Shown: piece after piece, positions 38,863 to 47,275 of the stretch
How positions within the stretch are numbered: position 1 is the stretch's first letter
Layout: every line of letters begins with the position of its first letter
Source: an uncultured Candidatus Saccharibacteria bacterium
Lineage (GTDB): Bacteria > Patescibacteriota > Saccharimonadia > Saccharimonadales > JAGQNJ01
Assembly (NCBI GenBank): GCA_964491925.1
Contig: CAZBGZ010000001.1
Coordinates: 257,621 to 321,620 of the forward strand
Reading direction: 5' to 3'
Length of the DNA stretch: 64,000 nucleotides
Translations under genes and position numbers: made by a program
Notes under the pieces: generated by a model
Seen by the model: the letters and a program-made list of their open reading frames with translations, nothing else
What the model was told of the DNA's origin: nothing
The model's database searches: none

Positions 38863-39439
38863 CGAAGGCGTTGTTAGCTTTAAAAGACACCTTTAGTGCC
38901 GGCTGCTTAAAGTGTTTAAGGGTATTTATAGCTGATAGATATTGCCTAGCACATCGGTCCACTTCTTTACTCAGAACAGAGTAATAACCGTTCTTCTCAC
39001 TACTTAGAAAGTCTATCCGGGTGATTGAATTGAGTTTGTAGCCATACTCGATCATCCGGCAATACGCCCAACCGGCTGTTTGTGCCAACATCTTTTCTGA
39101 AGCGGTCTTACATTCATATTCAGCTATGAGCTGATCGGTAACTTCGATTAAGAAGGTTCTGTATTTTTTGGTATCAAGTGTCTCAGCTAAAAGGTAGTGG
39201 TTTTCCAATGCGACTATAGCTGAAGCTTGCTCTAGCTTCTTGTTAAGATCATCAACCAATGCCTTTTTCTTAGCTGGGCTGCTTGCTTCGTACTCATTCC
39301 ACATATCAGCTGATTTTTTCAGCAGGGCAGCGGGGTCAATCTCAACTTCAACATTCTTCAGCATCCGCTTAACTTCATCGGGAGTGAACTCTTTAGTTAA
39401 TTTCTTTCCATTCTTTTTACTAGGTTTGTTATTGCTCAT
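38792..39439 (-). CDS. Hypothetical protein (mobile element)
   Basis: 215 aa. Overlaps adjacent ORFs in a typical compact phage/ICE gene arrangement. Confidence 0.4.
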   Translation of the reverse strand: MSNNKPSKKNGKKLTKEFTPDEVKRMLKNVEVEIDPAALLKKSADMWNEYEASSPAKKKALVDDLNKKLEQASAIVALENHYLLAETLDTKKYRTFLIEVTDQLIAEYECKTASEKMLAQTAGWAYCRMIEYGYKLNSITRIDFLSSEKNGYYSVLSKEVDRCARQYLSAINTLKHFKQPALKVSFKANNAFVAQNQQINSTTQDKSEGQNNVGQ

Positions 39440-39803
39440 ATTTCACCTCAATCCCGTAGTCATCATTCAGGTCGATGCCACTTAATGATCGTGGTCCAAT
39501 GCGAAGCGTGATATGAACAAGCTTTCTATCCCTTAGCATCTGTAGTAGATCCGGTGTGACCATATGGCGTGCATAGTCTAAGAACTGTTGCTGCATTTCC
39601 TCGGCATCATCGTACATAATGCAGCTTGAAGTATCCGTACAGCAGCTAGGTGCTTCTACATCTATGTGAACCCAAGAGAAGTGTTGTGGCTGATCCATCT
39701 CATCGTCATAGTGTTTCCCGTGCTGTTGACCTTGGTTTTTATCTGAAGCTTCGCTGTTCTTCTCTAAAACATCTATAGCTTGATCTATTGCATCGTGACT
39801 CAT
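39429..39803 (-). CDS. Hypothetical acidic protein (mobile element)
   Basis: 124 aa ORF with overlapping start and stop with its neighbours. Confidence 0.4.
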   Translation of the reverse strand: MSHDAIDQAIDVLEKNSEASDKNQGQQHGKHYDDEMDQPQHFSWVHIDVEAPSCCTDTSSCIMYDDAEEMQQQFLDYARHMVTPDLLQMLRDRKLVHITLRIGPRSLSGIDLNDDYGIEVKYEQ

Positions 39804-39806
39804 AAC

Positions 39807-40016
39807 TTAATCCCTTCGAATTTTGACGCGAACGGCAACTTCGTCGTAGACAGGCTTTTTATTCGGACAGCTGTCATAGCACGTTTTACAAACAGTTTTC
39901 TTGTTATAACGTTTCTTGGGGCAGAATACGCATTTGTCACCGAAAACTGCTTTGTGTAGTCCTTTACAAAAATCACCGTAAGTATCTATTCTTTTACACT
40001 TAGTATTCATAATCAT
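39807..40016 (-). CDS. Small Cys-rich zinc-finger protein (mobile element)
   Basis: 69 aa with eight Cys arranged in CxxC-like pairs. Confidence 0.4.
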   Translation of the reverse strand: MIMNTKCKRIDTYGDFCKGLHKAVFGDKCVFCPKKRYNKKTVCKTCYDSCPNKKPVYDEVAVRVKIRRD

Positions 40017-40059
40017 TTCTCCTCATTTAATCTATATAGCTTGTTTAGGGGTTGGCTTG

Positions 40060-41436
40060 TTAGGTCATAGCGTCCTCCTTCCACAGTGTCAGATTTTCTT
40101 TATTGGTTATTGACGCATCTGCATTGCGGATCGCCTTACATTCGTCACTCAGAAACCAATCAAAGCTACTGTCCAATTTCATAATCTTTTCAGGTTCGCC
40201 AACTCGTCCTTGGCTCTCTTGGCTGATAGTGCAAAGACCAAGTATTTTGAGCGACTCCATTTCTTTTAATGCAGTCGGCTTAGAACAGTTAAGAATCGCC
40301 TCAACTTCCGCAGTGCAGATTTCACCATCTAGTTCGAGTAATGCGCGGAAAAGACGAGTTCTGACCGTGGGAGCGCTATCTATGGCTAGCTCAATTGCTA
40401 GGCGCACATCATCCTTCGTCAGCTGTGTTCTTCCGTTAACCAAAGCGTGTCCTCGGCATAGGTTGTAAAAAAGTTGGTTAATACGGTCCGGCTTTTCAAC
40501 AGTCGGGGTAGTATAGCTGTACTCTGTGCCGTCTTCGCCTCGATCTCTCCAAAGATTAATTACACCCCGTAGACAAGCTAGGAGACGGGCGCAACGCGCA
40601 ATAATAAGCTTAAGGTCGCGCTCATCTTGGGCGTTATCCCAATCAAGCCCCTCAGGGTATTTAGACCAGAGCGTTTCAAGTAGATGTTTGGTTACGGTTT
40701 TACAGGCTTTTTCTTTGGTCTTATAGGCTGTAGAGCCAAGCTGTTCGGCAAGTTCGTCCTCAGACTTGTCTTTGGAGTTCATATTTAGGAAGAACAGCCT
40801 TGACCCAAGGTTGCCCATCATTTTCCATACCCGAGGTGGAATCGGTGTAGAAGCCGCCAGTACCATAAAAAGGTACTCGCCAACGTACTGACGTTGTCCG
40901 TGGATGCCGCTATCGGTGTTGAAGCCTTCGCCGTCAAGTACGCGAGTTAAAATTCCTAGGCACTCATTTAAGTCGTCATCACGCTTTGAAAACAAGGTTG
41001 CTAAGTCTCTGATCAGGAACAGTTTGTATTGTAGCCGCGGTAGTAAATCCACTTCCCTGAGCTTTTCTTTTTTGACATTGGCGGCATTTGAAACAAACGA
41101 AGCTGGCGTAAACTTATCTGTTGCGTATGTAAGCCCCTCGATCTCAGAGAAAAAGTTGATAGTGATGGTTTTACCTGCTGAAGGGACATCAACTAACACC
41201 AGAGCAAAGGGATTTGTAACATCTTTGATGAGGATTTGTGCAATAATCGACAAGCCAATTTCAGCAGCAAACAGTAGGTCGGGGAAGTTGTCATTTATAA
41301 CGCCTCGCCATTCACTGAATGAGATAGTTTCATCTGGTGTTGGGACCGCTAAAATACGGGGTGCGCTATCAAGGCTAACTGTTTCTACAGTATTTTGTTG
41401 TTCTTCATTTTCATTATCATTTTGCTTCATTGTCAT
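40060..41436 (-). CDS. P-loop NTPase, putative replication/primase-helicase-type protein of the mobile element
   Basis: Walker A LVDVPSAGKTITINFF near residue 90 and a downstream acidic Walker B-like DLLP. The size and position next to regulatory genes suggest a replication initiator or VirE/D5-like protein. Weak assignment. Confidence 0.3.
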   Translation of the reverse strand: MTMKQNDNENEEQQNTVETVSLDSAPRILAVPTPDETISFSEWRGVINDNFPDLLFAAEIGLSIIAQILIKDVTNPFALVLVDVPSAGKTITINFFSEIEGLTYATDKFTPASFVSNAANVKKEKLREVDLLPRLQYKLFLIRDLATLFSKRDDDLNECLGILTRVLDGEGFNTDSGIHGQRQYVGEYLFMVLAASTPIPPRVWKMMGNLGSRLFFLNMNSKDKSEDELAEQLGSTAYKTKEKACKTVTKHLLETLWSKYPEGLDWDNAQDERDLKLIIARCARLLACLRGVINLWRDRGEDGTEYSYTTPTVEKPDRINQLFYNLCRGHALVNGRTQLTKDDVRLAIELAIDSAPTVRTRLFRALLELDGEICTAEVEAILNCSKPTALKEMESLKILGLCTISQESQGRVGEPEKIMKLDSSFDWFLSDECKAIRNADASITNKENLTLWKEDAMT

Positions 41437-41441
41437 AGTCG

Positions 41442-41684
41442 TTACCTTGAATAAATCCTGTTCTTCATTAACTTGATGTTGTTAAAGTAGCTGAGTGGCT
41501 CAACGGATAATTCCTTCTGCCAGTAAGCTCGTACGGTATCCTCTAACTTGTCTTCTCTGCGAAAGACAAACTTCACTCTGCTAGGGTTATTTCTGTCTAG
41601 GGAGTGAAGGCGAAAACCGAGTGTTACAATGGTGGTACACAGCCCAAGGTCCGTTGTCTCAAAGTATTGATCGTCATCGTTCAT
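41442..41684 (-). CDS. Hypothetical small protein (mobile element)
   Basis: 80 aa ORF. Confidence 0.3.
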   Translation of the reverse strand: MNDDDQYFETTDLGLCTTIVTLGFRLHSLDRNNPSRVKFVFRREDKLEDTVRAYWQKELSVEPLSYFNNIKLMKNRIYSR

Positions 41685-41756
41685 TTAATTTCTCCATAGT
41701 GTTCTCACTTGTAATAAGCCAAAGAAGCCCAGGACATTGGAATTAACGGGGGTAAC

Positions 41757-41779
41757 TTAAAAAGCCCGGTGTTCCGGGC
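41757..41779 (-). terminator. Rho-independent terminator (minus strand)
   Basis: On the minus strand the sequence reads AAGCCCGG-AACA-CCGGGCTTTTT, i.e. an 8-bp GC-rich stem, a 4-nt loop and a T5 run. It sits just downstream of the 41803..43248 gene. Confidence 0.6.
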
Positions 41780-41802
41780 TTATGGGGTAATAAAAAAGTT
41801 AA

Positions 41803-43248
41803 CTACGCGAAGCGTTGTCTCAGTTCAACAGTTCTCGGACTATTATTTTGTTCCAGGATGGTAGGGATGGTCTTTACTTGCTCAGTAGTATAATAACGGA
41901 TTGTTTTTATGCGCCGAGGTACTAAAATGCCTCTCGCATCCCATCGCTTAAGTGTTTTGGTGCTAATCCCTATAACATTAGCAACTTGGGATACGGTATA
42001 AAGATCATCTCTCTGATGGCGTTGTGCCATCTGTTTCTCAGCTTTTATTTTATTCAATTCAGTAACTATTCCTTCTCGGTATGGAACAAGAAATGCCGTT
42101 GCTTTTGAGCTGCGTAGTTTCGAGTAGAACGAAGTTTTAATGGCTTCCAATTCACCGGACCTAATCCAGTTTCGCAGTGTCTGGTCAGATATGCCAACTT
42201 GCCGAGCAATAGTACCCAGGAACAGATATTCTTTATTGTTCTTCTCGTCGATATAGACGTTAAATTCAACCCATTCGGATGCAGCTTTATTGTCGTAAAT
42301 GAGGATGTACTGTGCCATTAAGTGATGCACCAGACTATAAAAGACCGTCTGAGCTGCTTTTAATCCCCAACCCATACTTTTGTGTTCATTTTCCCTTAAG
42401 ATCTCTAGGCAAGTAGTTTGGATAATATGCTCGAACTCATCCTCGGTTGGCTCACGACCCTGTAATCGTTCAAGCCTATAATATTCACGTCCAAGCTTCC
42501 ACCACATCTTAGCTAATTGATATGACGCTATGGAGTCGCCTTCAGACGCTTTTACGACTAGATAGAAGTTGCTTTTTGATAGTAGCTTAAAAAAGTCTGC
42601 AAGAGGCTGGAATATTTTGCCGAAGTCAATATGACCAAAAACTGTACGTGTGAATTTGCTGATCTGCTCGACGCATTGTTTTAGGAAGTTGGTGATTGGC
42701 GGCGGTTTAAAATTGGCAAACTTTGATATGAATGTCTGTACTAATGGAGCGATACGGCTGGTTATCCCTGACCCAATTTTTTTGAAGATGCTAGAGAAGG
42801 AGGGAAGAGAATGTCTCAATGCCTCGAACATTTTTTGGATCTTCTCACCAAGCTGACGTATTGTTTCAAGCATCGGCTCCATTGTTCGAGCGATGCTCTT
42901 GTGAGCCTCTGCCATTTGTCGAGCAAGTTGAAGAGCGGGTTGTGTAGCTTGAAATGCCACGCCAACGCTCTTAAAGACTCGATTGATATTACTTTGAAAG
43001 CCAAGCGCCTTTGCTAGGTTACCCTGAACCGAACTAGTTGCAAAAGCTCCGCTCGTTCTCAGGCGTTCACTCAGAATTTCCTGGACATCTTTTTGCTGTT
43101 TTGTTGCTTGTTCACGCGCACGTTTAACAATAGTTAGCTCAACAGTTTTAGGCTCTACTTCAGTTTTCTTTTCTGTAGGGGCATCTAAATCAAGATCATA
43201 TTTTGTCTGACCTTGATTTACATTCTCATTTTTCCCCTCGTTTGACAC
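41803..43248 (-). CDS. Hypothetical protein with two C-terminal MerR-type HTH motifs and an N-terminal coiled-coil region
   Basis: GTIARQVGISDQTLRNWIRSGEL and VSQVANVIGISTKTLKRWDARGIL are both MerR/excisionase-type HTH. Confidence 0.45.
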   Translation of the reverse strand: MSNEGKNENVNQGQTKYDLDLDAPTEKKTEVEPKTVELTIVKRAREQATKQQKDVQEILSERLRTSGAFATSSVQGNLAKALGFQSNINRVFKSVGVAFQATQPALQLARQMAEAHKSIARTMEPMLETIRQLGEKIQKMFEALRHSLPSFSSIFKKIGSGITSRIAPLVQTFISKFANFKPPPITNFLKQCVEQISKFTRTVFGHIDFGKIFQPLADFFKLLSKSNFYLVVKASEGDSIASYQLAKMWWKLGREYYRLERLQGREPTEDEFEHIIQTTCLEILRENEHKSMGWGLKAAQTVFYSLVHHLMAQYILIYDNKAASEWVEFNVYIDEKNNKEYLFLGTIARQVGISDQTLRNWIRSGELEAIKTSFYSKLRSSKATAFLVPYREGIVTELNKIKAEKQMAQRHQRDDLYTVSQVANVIGISTKTLKRWDARGILVPRRIKTIRYYTTEQVKTIPTILEQNNSPRTVELRQRFA

Positions 43249-43482
43249 TGTTAAGCCTCATTTTCATATAATCTTTGTACCTACTTATAATTATATCAAA
43301 ACTAGTACGTCTACTGATTACCTCATCGATAAATCAACACTAACGCAATATATTACTAGGCAAAAAATGCTTGGTCATTTTGCTCCCGAAAAAATTCGGC
43401 ATTGATACAGCGGAGTCTTATTTCTGAAGATTAACAGGGGTAGCCCCCCGCTATGACTTTTCAAATCTGTATAAAACGAGTT

Positions 43483-43710
43483 TTAAAGACCCTTAAAAAG
43501 GTCGCTTATATTCACTTTTAGTGTTTTTGCGATTTTGCTAAGTGTACTAAGTCGCGCCCATCTTTTACCGGTTTCTATATAGGCGATTGCAACTACGCTC
43601 ATATTGATGCGTTCTGCGAGTTCTTGTTGCGTAACTCCGCGACTCTTGCGAACCTCAGCAACCCTTCTGCCAAAGGCTTTCATTAACTTCTGCTCACGTG
43701 TACCTGTCAT
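43483..43710 (-). CDS. XRE-family (Cro/CI-type) HTH transcriptional regulator
   Basis: VTQQELAERINMSVVAIAYIETGKRWARLSTLSKIAKTL is a canonical XRE HTH. 75 aa. Confidence 0.8.
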   Translation of the reverse strand: MTGTREQKLMKAFGRRVAEVRKSRGVTQQELAERINMSVVAIAYIETGKRWARLSTLSKIAKTLKVNISDLFKGL

Positions 43711-43736
43711 ACACTAAGCGTAGAAATAATAAACAG

Positions 43737-43772
43737 ATAGTTACATAAACTAACTGTTTATTTTGTTGATAA
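43737..43772. promoter_or_regulatory. Candidate operator: inverted repeat AATAAACAG-N18-CTGTTTATT in the divergent XRE / DUF4352 intergenic region
   Basis: 9-bp perfect inverted arms read directly from the sequence, located between the divergently transcribed repressor and the DUF4352-like gene. Confidence 0.4.
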
Positions 43773-43818
43773 TATATGATAAATTCTTATAGAGATAACT
43801 TAAACAAGGAGTTTATAA

Positions 43819-44382
43819 GTGAATTGGTTCAAAAAACACAAGATAATAACGGTAATTCTAGCGTTGGTAGTAGTTGGGGGCATTATAGGTGCAGCGGGTG
43901 GCGGTTCTAGCACCACCTCAAACCAGAGCAACAGTGGAAATAATAATGCGTCTGAGAAGACCGAAGAAAAAGCAACAACGGCTAAAATTGGTGAACCAGC
44001 ACGCGACGGTAAGTTTGAATTTACAGTAACCAGCATTAAATGTGGTGAGAAATCAGTAGGAGACCAATACTTAAACGAAAAGGCGCAAGGTGAGTTTTGC
44101 CGTCTTAGTCTTAGCATTAAGAACATAGGTAATGAGGCTCAAAGCCTCTTATCAAGCGACCAAAAGCTATTAAACGCCGAGGGTCAACAGTTTGCTGCCG
44201 ATGATACAGCTACCATCTACGCATCCTCAGGCAATTCAGGTAGCACTTGGTTTGACCAAATAAATCCTGGTAACAGCGTAAAAGGTGATATTTTGTTTGA
44301 CGTACCTGCCGGTGCAAAGATTACCACTGCTGAACTGCACGATAGTTCTTTCTCAGGTGGCGTAAAAGTAAACCTCCAGTAG
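43819..44382 (+). CDS. DUF4352-like membrane-anchored/secreted protein
   Basis: N-terminal TM/signal anchor, a low-complexity Ser/Asn/Gly linker and a beta-rich domain (KFEFTVTSIKCGEK...GEFCRLSLSIKNIGNEAQSL...DILFDVP) typical of DUF4352 proteins often found in prophage regions. Confidence 0.5.
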   Translation: MNWFKKHKIITVILALVVVGGIIGAAGGGSSTTSNQSNSGNNNASEKTEEKATTAKIGEPARDGKFEFTVTSIKCGEKSVGDQYLNEKAQGEFCRLSLSIKNIGNEAQSLLSSDQKLLNAEGQQFAADDTATIYASSGNSGSTWFDQINPGNSVKGDILFDVPAGAKITTAELHDSSFSGGVKVNLQ

Positions 44383-44532
44383 TTAGAAGCCCGCGATTAA
44401 ATTGTTTTTACAAGTTTAGATTATCAGCTCGCCCAACAGAGAGCGAGAGATTGACACGCACCTTAAAATATGATAGTATGTAGCTAGTTAGATAACAAAA
44501 ATAAAAACCTAACGCTACAATAAGAAATTACT

Positions 44533-46512
44533 ATGCAAAGTCCAGGAAGCTCATTTCTACACGATCGTAACCCACAGATGCACGCATCTGATGAAGTTGA
44601 GGCTGTAGTGGGCTATTTACGTCAGGGTGGCGAGTCTATTCCTAACGAGCCTGCTGATAAAATCTCGGCTCACCTGGGATTTTTGGCTAACCGTGAGTAC
44701 GTAAACGACGGCATATTAACCGGAGATCAGGGCAGCATAGATCGACAGATTGATGCCCACGTTATTAGTGCATCTGATGTGCCGGAGGGATACTTTGAAC
44801 TACAACGCCGAATTGCAAGGGAGCAAGGACATGGTGACATTCAAATAACCTCTGAAATGCGTCATCAAATGGTTGAGGCGGTGCAGGCTGATCAACGTGC
44901 TGGACTTGGTAAATGGGTTGAATATCTCGGCGGTGACGACGGTGGATACCCTGATTGGTTTAAGAGTTACACTTGGACATCAGTTACTAAGCTCGGGACA
45001 TTCGATAAAGAAAAAAACGAGTTTCAGAAGCGTAGTCGTGGCACGACAGCGCCTTACCCCGAGCTGAACCGTGAAGCGTTAGCTTACGTTTATGATGTGT
45101 TAAACAAATCACGGATACAGGGTGAGCAGGTCAATGGCAGGGCTAACGATGCCGAACTTCAGAAGCTCCTTAAAAGTGGTAATTTTGGTAAACTCTACGC
45201 TCACGCTGTATTGGAAGTCACACCTGATAGTCCAGAGTTAAGAAAAGACACAAGAGGTTCGTGGACTAAGTTCAATCAGACTGACGATCCACGTACAGCC
45301 CGTAGGCTTTCCGGTTCACTGCAAGGACACGGTACAGGTTGGTGTACGGCTGGTGAAAGCACAGCAACTATGCAATTAAGGGGTGGCGACTTTTTTGTGT
45401 ACTACACACGCGATGAAGACAGCAAAGACACCGTTCCACGGGTGGCTATACGAATGGAGCAGGGCGAGGTTGCCGAGGTTCGTGGTGTAAATGCTGCTCA
45501 AGAACTTGAACCAGAAATGGCAGATATCACGGCTGAACGGCTTAAAGACTTACCTGGTGGTGAAGAGTACATACGCAAGGCAGAGGATATGAAGCGCTTA
45601 ACTGCTATTGAAAAAAGAATTACAGCTAATCCTGACGCCAATCTAAGCACTGAGGAACTACGCTTTCTGTATGAGCTAGACCACGAAATACAAGGCTTTG
45701 GCTATGAAGACGACCCACGCATAGGCGAGATTAGACAATTACGCGGTGATAGAGATAAGCCCGAACTTGCTCGTATATTGCCTGAAAGTATACGTGAGCA
45801 GTTAAGTAGTGCGTTTGCGGCGTACAAGACAGTGGCAGAGCAATTAGGTGGCAAGCAACGCCTATTTCGTAAGGGCGAAACAGCACTAACTCCAAGTGAG
45901 CTTGAAAAACTGTTTGCTTCAAAAGACAGAGAATGGCAAGTAAACGGTACGTACGACTACCTAGTAGAGCAACTGATAGAAAACGGTGCTCGTTTTAACC
46001 TGGTGGCTACGCCTAACATTGAGGCTAGCGAAGCCCAAATCGTTGCGTTAGCAGAAAACTTTGGTAAAGATCAGCCATACGCAACCTACGTATATGATGA
46101 ACTATATCGCAAGGGTCATTACAGTGGGCGAGAGTGGTCAGGCAATAATGGAGATGCGCCTGTTCGCTTGAGCCTCATACCAAGCCGTTATGACAGTGGG
46201 ATTAGTAATAAGCCGGTAGAAACACAAGTACGCTTACTGCGTGAACGTCAAGCTCAGCGACCAGAACTAGCAGCACGAGTACCAAGTCTGCTTGATGCGG
46301 TAACTTACTGGTACACATTGCGTGCGCAAGGGGATAAACTCGACGACAGTAGTGCTTTTGATAAAACCTACATTAGGCACTTTGATTTAGAGCCGCAAAC
46401 GGTCGACAGGTGGCTGGTCGTGCCGTACTCCTACGTGAACGACGATGGTAAGCCGTACCTGAACTACTCGGATGCCGAGAATGAGAATGATGCTCGGCTC
46501 GCGGTGGGGTAA
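44533..46512 (+). CDS. DGR target (variable) protein; VR occupies its last 38 codons
   Basis: 659 aa ORF whose 3' end (46398-46510) is a near-copy of the template repeat. It differs at positions that are adenines in the template. No signal peptide. Confidence 0.75.
   Translation: MQSPGSSFLHDRNPQMHASDEVEAVVGYLRQGGESIPNEPADKISAHLGFLANREYVNDGILTGDQGSIDRQIDAHVISASDVPEGYFELQRRIAREQGHGDIQITSEMRHQMVEAVQADQRAGLGKWVEYLGGDDGGYPDWFKSYTWTSVTKLGTFDKEKNEFQKRSRGTTAPYPELNREALAYVYDVLNKSRIQGEQVNGRANDAELQKLLKSGNFGKLYAHAVLEVTPDSPELRKDTRGSWTKFNQTDDPRTARRLSGSLQGHGTGWCTAGESTATMQLRGGDFFVYYTRDEDSKDTVPRVAIRMEQGEVAEVRGVNAAQELEPEMADITAERLKDLPGGEEYIRKAEDMKRLTAIEKRITANPDANLSTEELRFLYELDHEIQGFGYEDDPRIGEIRQLRGDRDKPELARILPESIREQLSSAFAAYKTVAEQLGGKQRLFRKGETALTPSELEKLFASKDREWQVNGTYDYLVEQLIENGARFNLVATPNIEASEAQIVALAENFGKDQPYATYVYDELYRKGHYSGREWSGNNGDAPVRLSLIPSRYDSGISNKPVETQVRLLRERQAQRPELAARVPSLLDAVTYWYTLRAQGDKLDDSSAFDKTYIRHFDLEPQTVDRWLVVPYSYVNDDGKPYLNYSDAENENDARLAVG
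46398..46510 (+). repeat. DGR variable repeat (VR)
   Basis: 113-bp match to 46810-46922 with 8 mismatches. Seven of them are A in the TR copy versus G/T here. The eighth lies at the 3' edge, consistent with an IMH/IMH* difference. Confidence 0.8.
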
Positions 46513-46809
46513 AACCTTTAATTTTAGCCCTTTCTTTTCTTCTTTCTCTTTTATCTAACTACCTACGAACAATAGGTTCGGGGTAAGTAGTCCAAAGGCT
46601 AAAGTACCTATCGGTGCCCCGAGTGGATTGTTGCTTACATCTAGCGTGAAAAGACTTTCCGAGCGAAAGCGGATCTTTTTATAGCAGTAAGCACATCAAG
46701 AACCTTTTACACCCCACGGATCTCCAACGATAGCGTCGTAAATGATGCTGAAAAGAAGAGAGGTCCTTATTTTCTGCGGATTATAAGGAACGAGACGTCT
46801 TGGAGAATT

Positions 46810-46922
46810 AACGGTCGACAGGTGGCTGAACGTGCCGAACTCCTACGTGAACAACGATGGTAAGCCGAACCTGAACAACTCGAATGCCGAGAATGAGAAT
46901 GATGCTCGGCTCGCGGTGTGGT
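46810..46922 (+). repeat. DGR template repeat (TR)
   Basis: Intergenic copy of the VR. Translated in the VR frame, it carries AAC (Asn) codons at all six variable codon positions (W L N V P N S Y V N N D G K P N L N N S N A E). Confidence 0.8.
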
Positions 46923-46936
46923 GTATCAGTGTTAGT

Positions 46937-47275
46937 CTAATGCACGCTTTTGAGCCAGCCGCCAATCATTCGGCGTGCTTCGCTCAGGCGTGCTTGGACT
47001 TTTAGTACACTCGTTTCGTTGGCGAGCTTTAGTTCAAGAATGGCTCTAAGATGCAATGAGGTCATTTCGGCAAGAGCGTTTGCCCTAAGGAGGTAACTTG
47101 CTTTCATCGGTTTTGGAGCGTGTTTTGCTAATAGTAGCTGTTCTAGGGTATCTGACCAGCACTTTGCTGCTTGTTCACCGAGTGAATAACGGTATTTCTT
47201 ATCCAACTTAGTATTTAATTCCAGTAATTTTTTGTAAATCTCAAAGGCAATGGTGATGACAGGTAACTCTTCCAT
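46937..47275 (-). CDS. avd: DGR accessory variability determinant (Avd-like four-helix-bundle protein)
   Basis: Starting from the internal Met of the 46937..47413 ORF (MEELPVITIAFEIYKKLLELNTKL...YLLRANALAEMTSLHLRAILELKL...EARRMIGGWLKSV). It parallels the Avd/TIGR02436 pattern (...LYAADAGLAMLRFWLRFL...ILGGWIARV in the Bordetella Avd). Confidence 0.6.
   Translation of the reverse strand: MEELPVITIAFEIYKKLLELNTKLDKKYRYSLGEQAAKCWSDTLEQLLLAKHAPKPMKASYLLRANALAEMTSLHLRAILELKLANETSVLKVQARLSEARRMIGGWLKSVH

Noticed and set aside
46758-46783. Hairpin CCTTAT-N11-ATAAGG between VR and TR as a separate functional element
   Set aside because: A 6-bp stem alone is too weak to call. It is mentioned only within the DGR layout finding.
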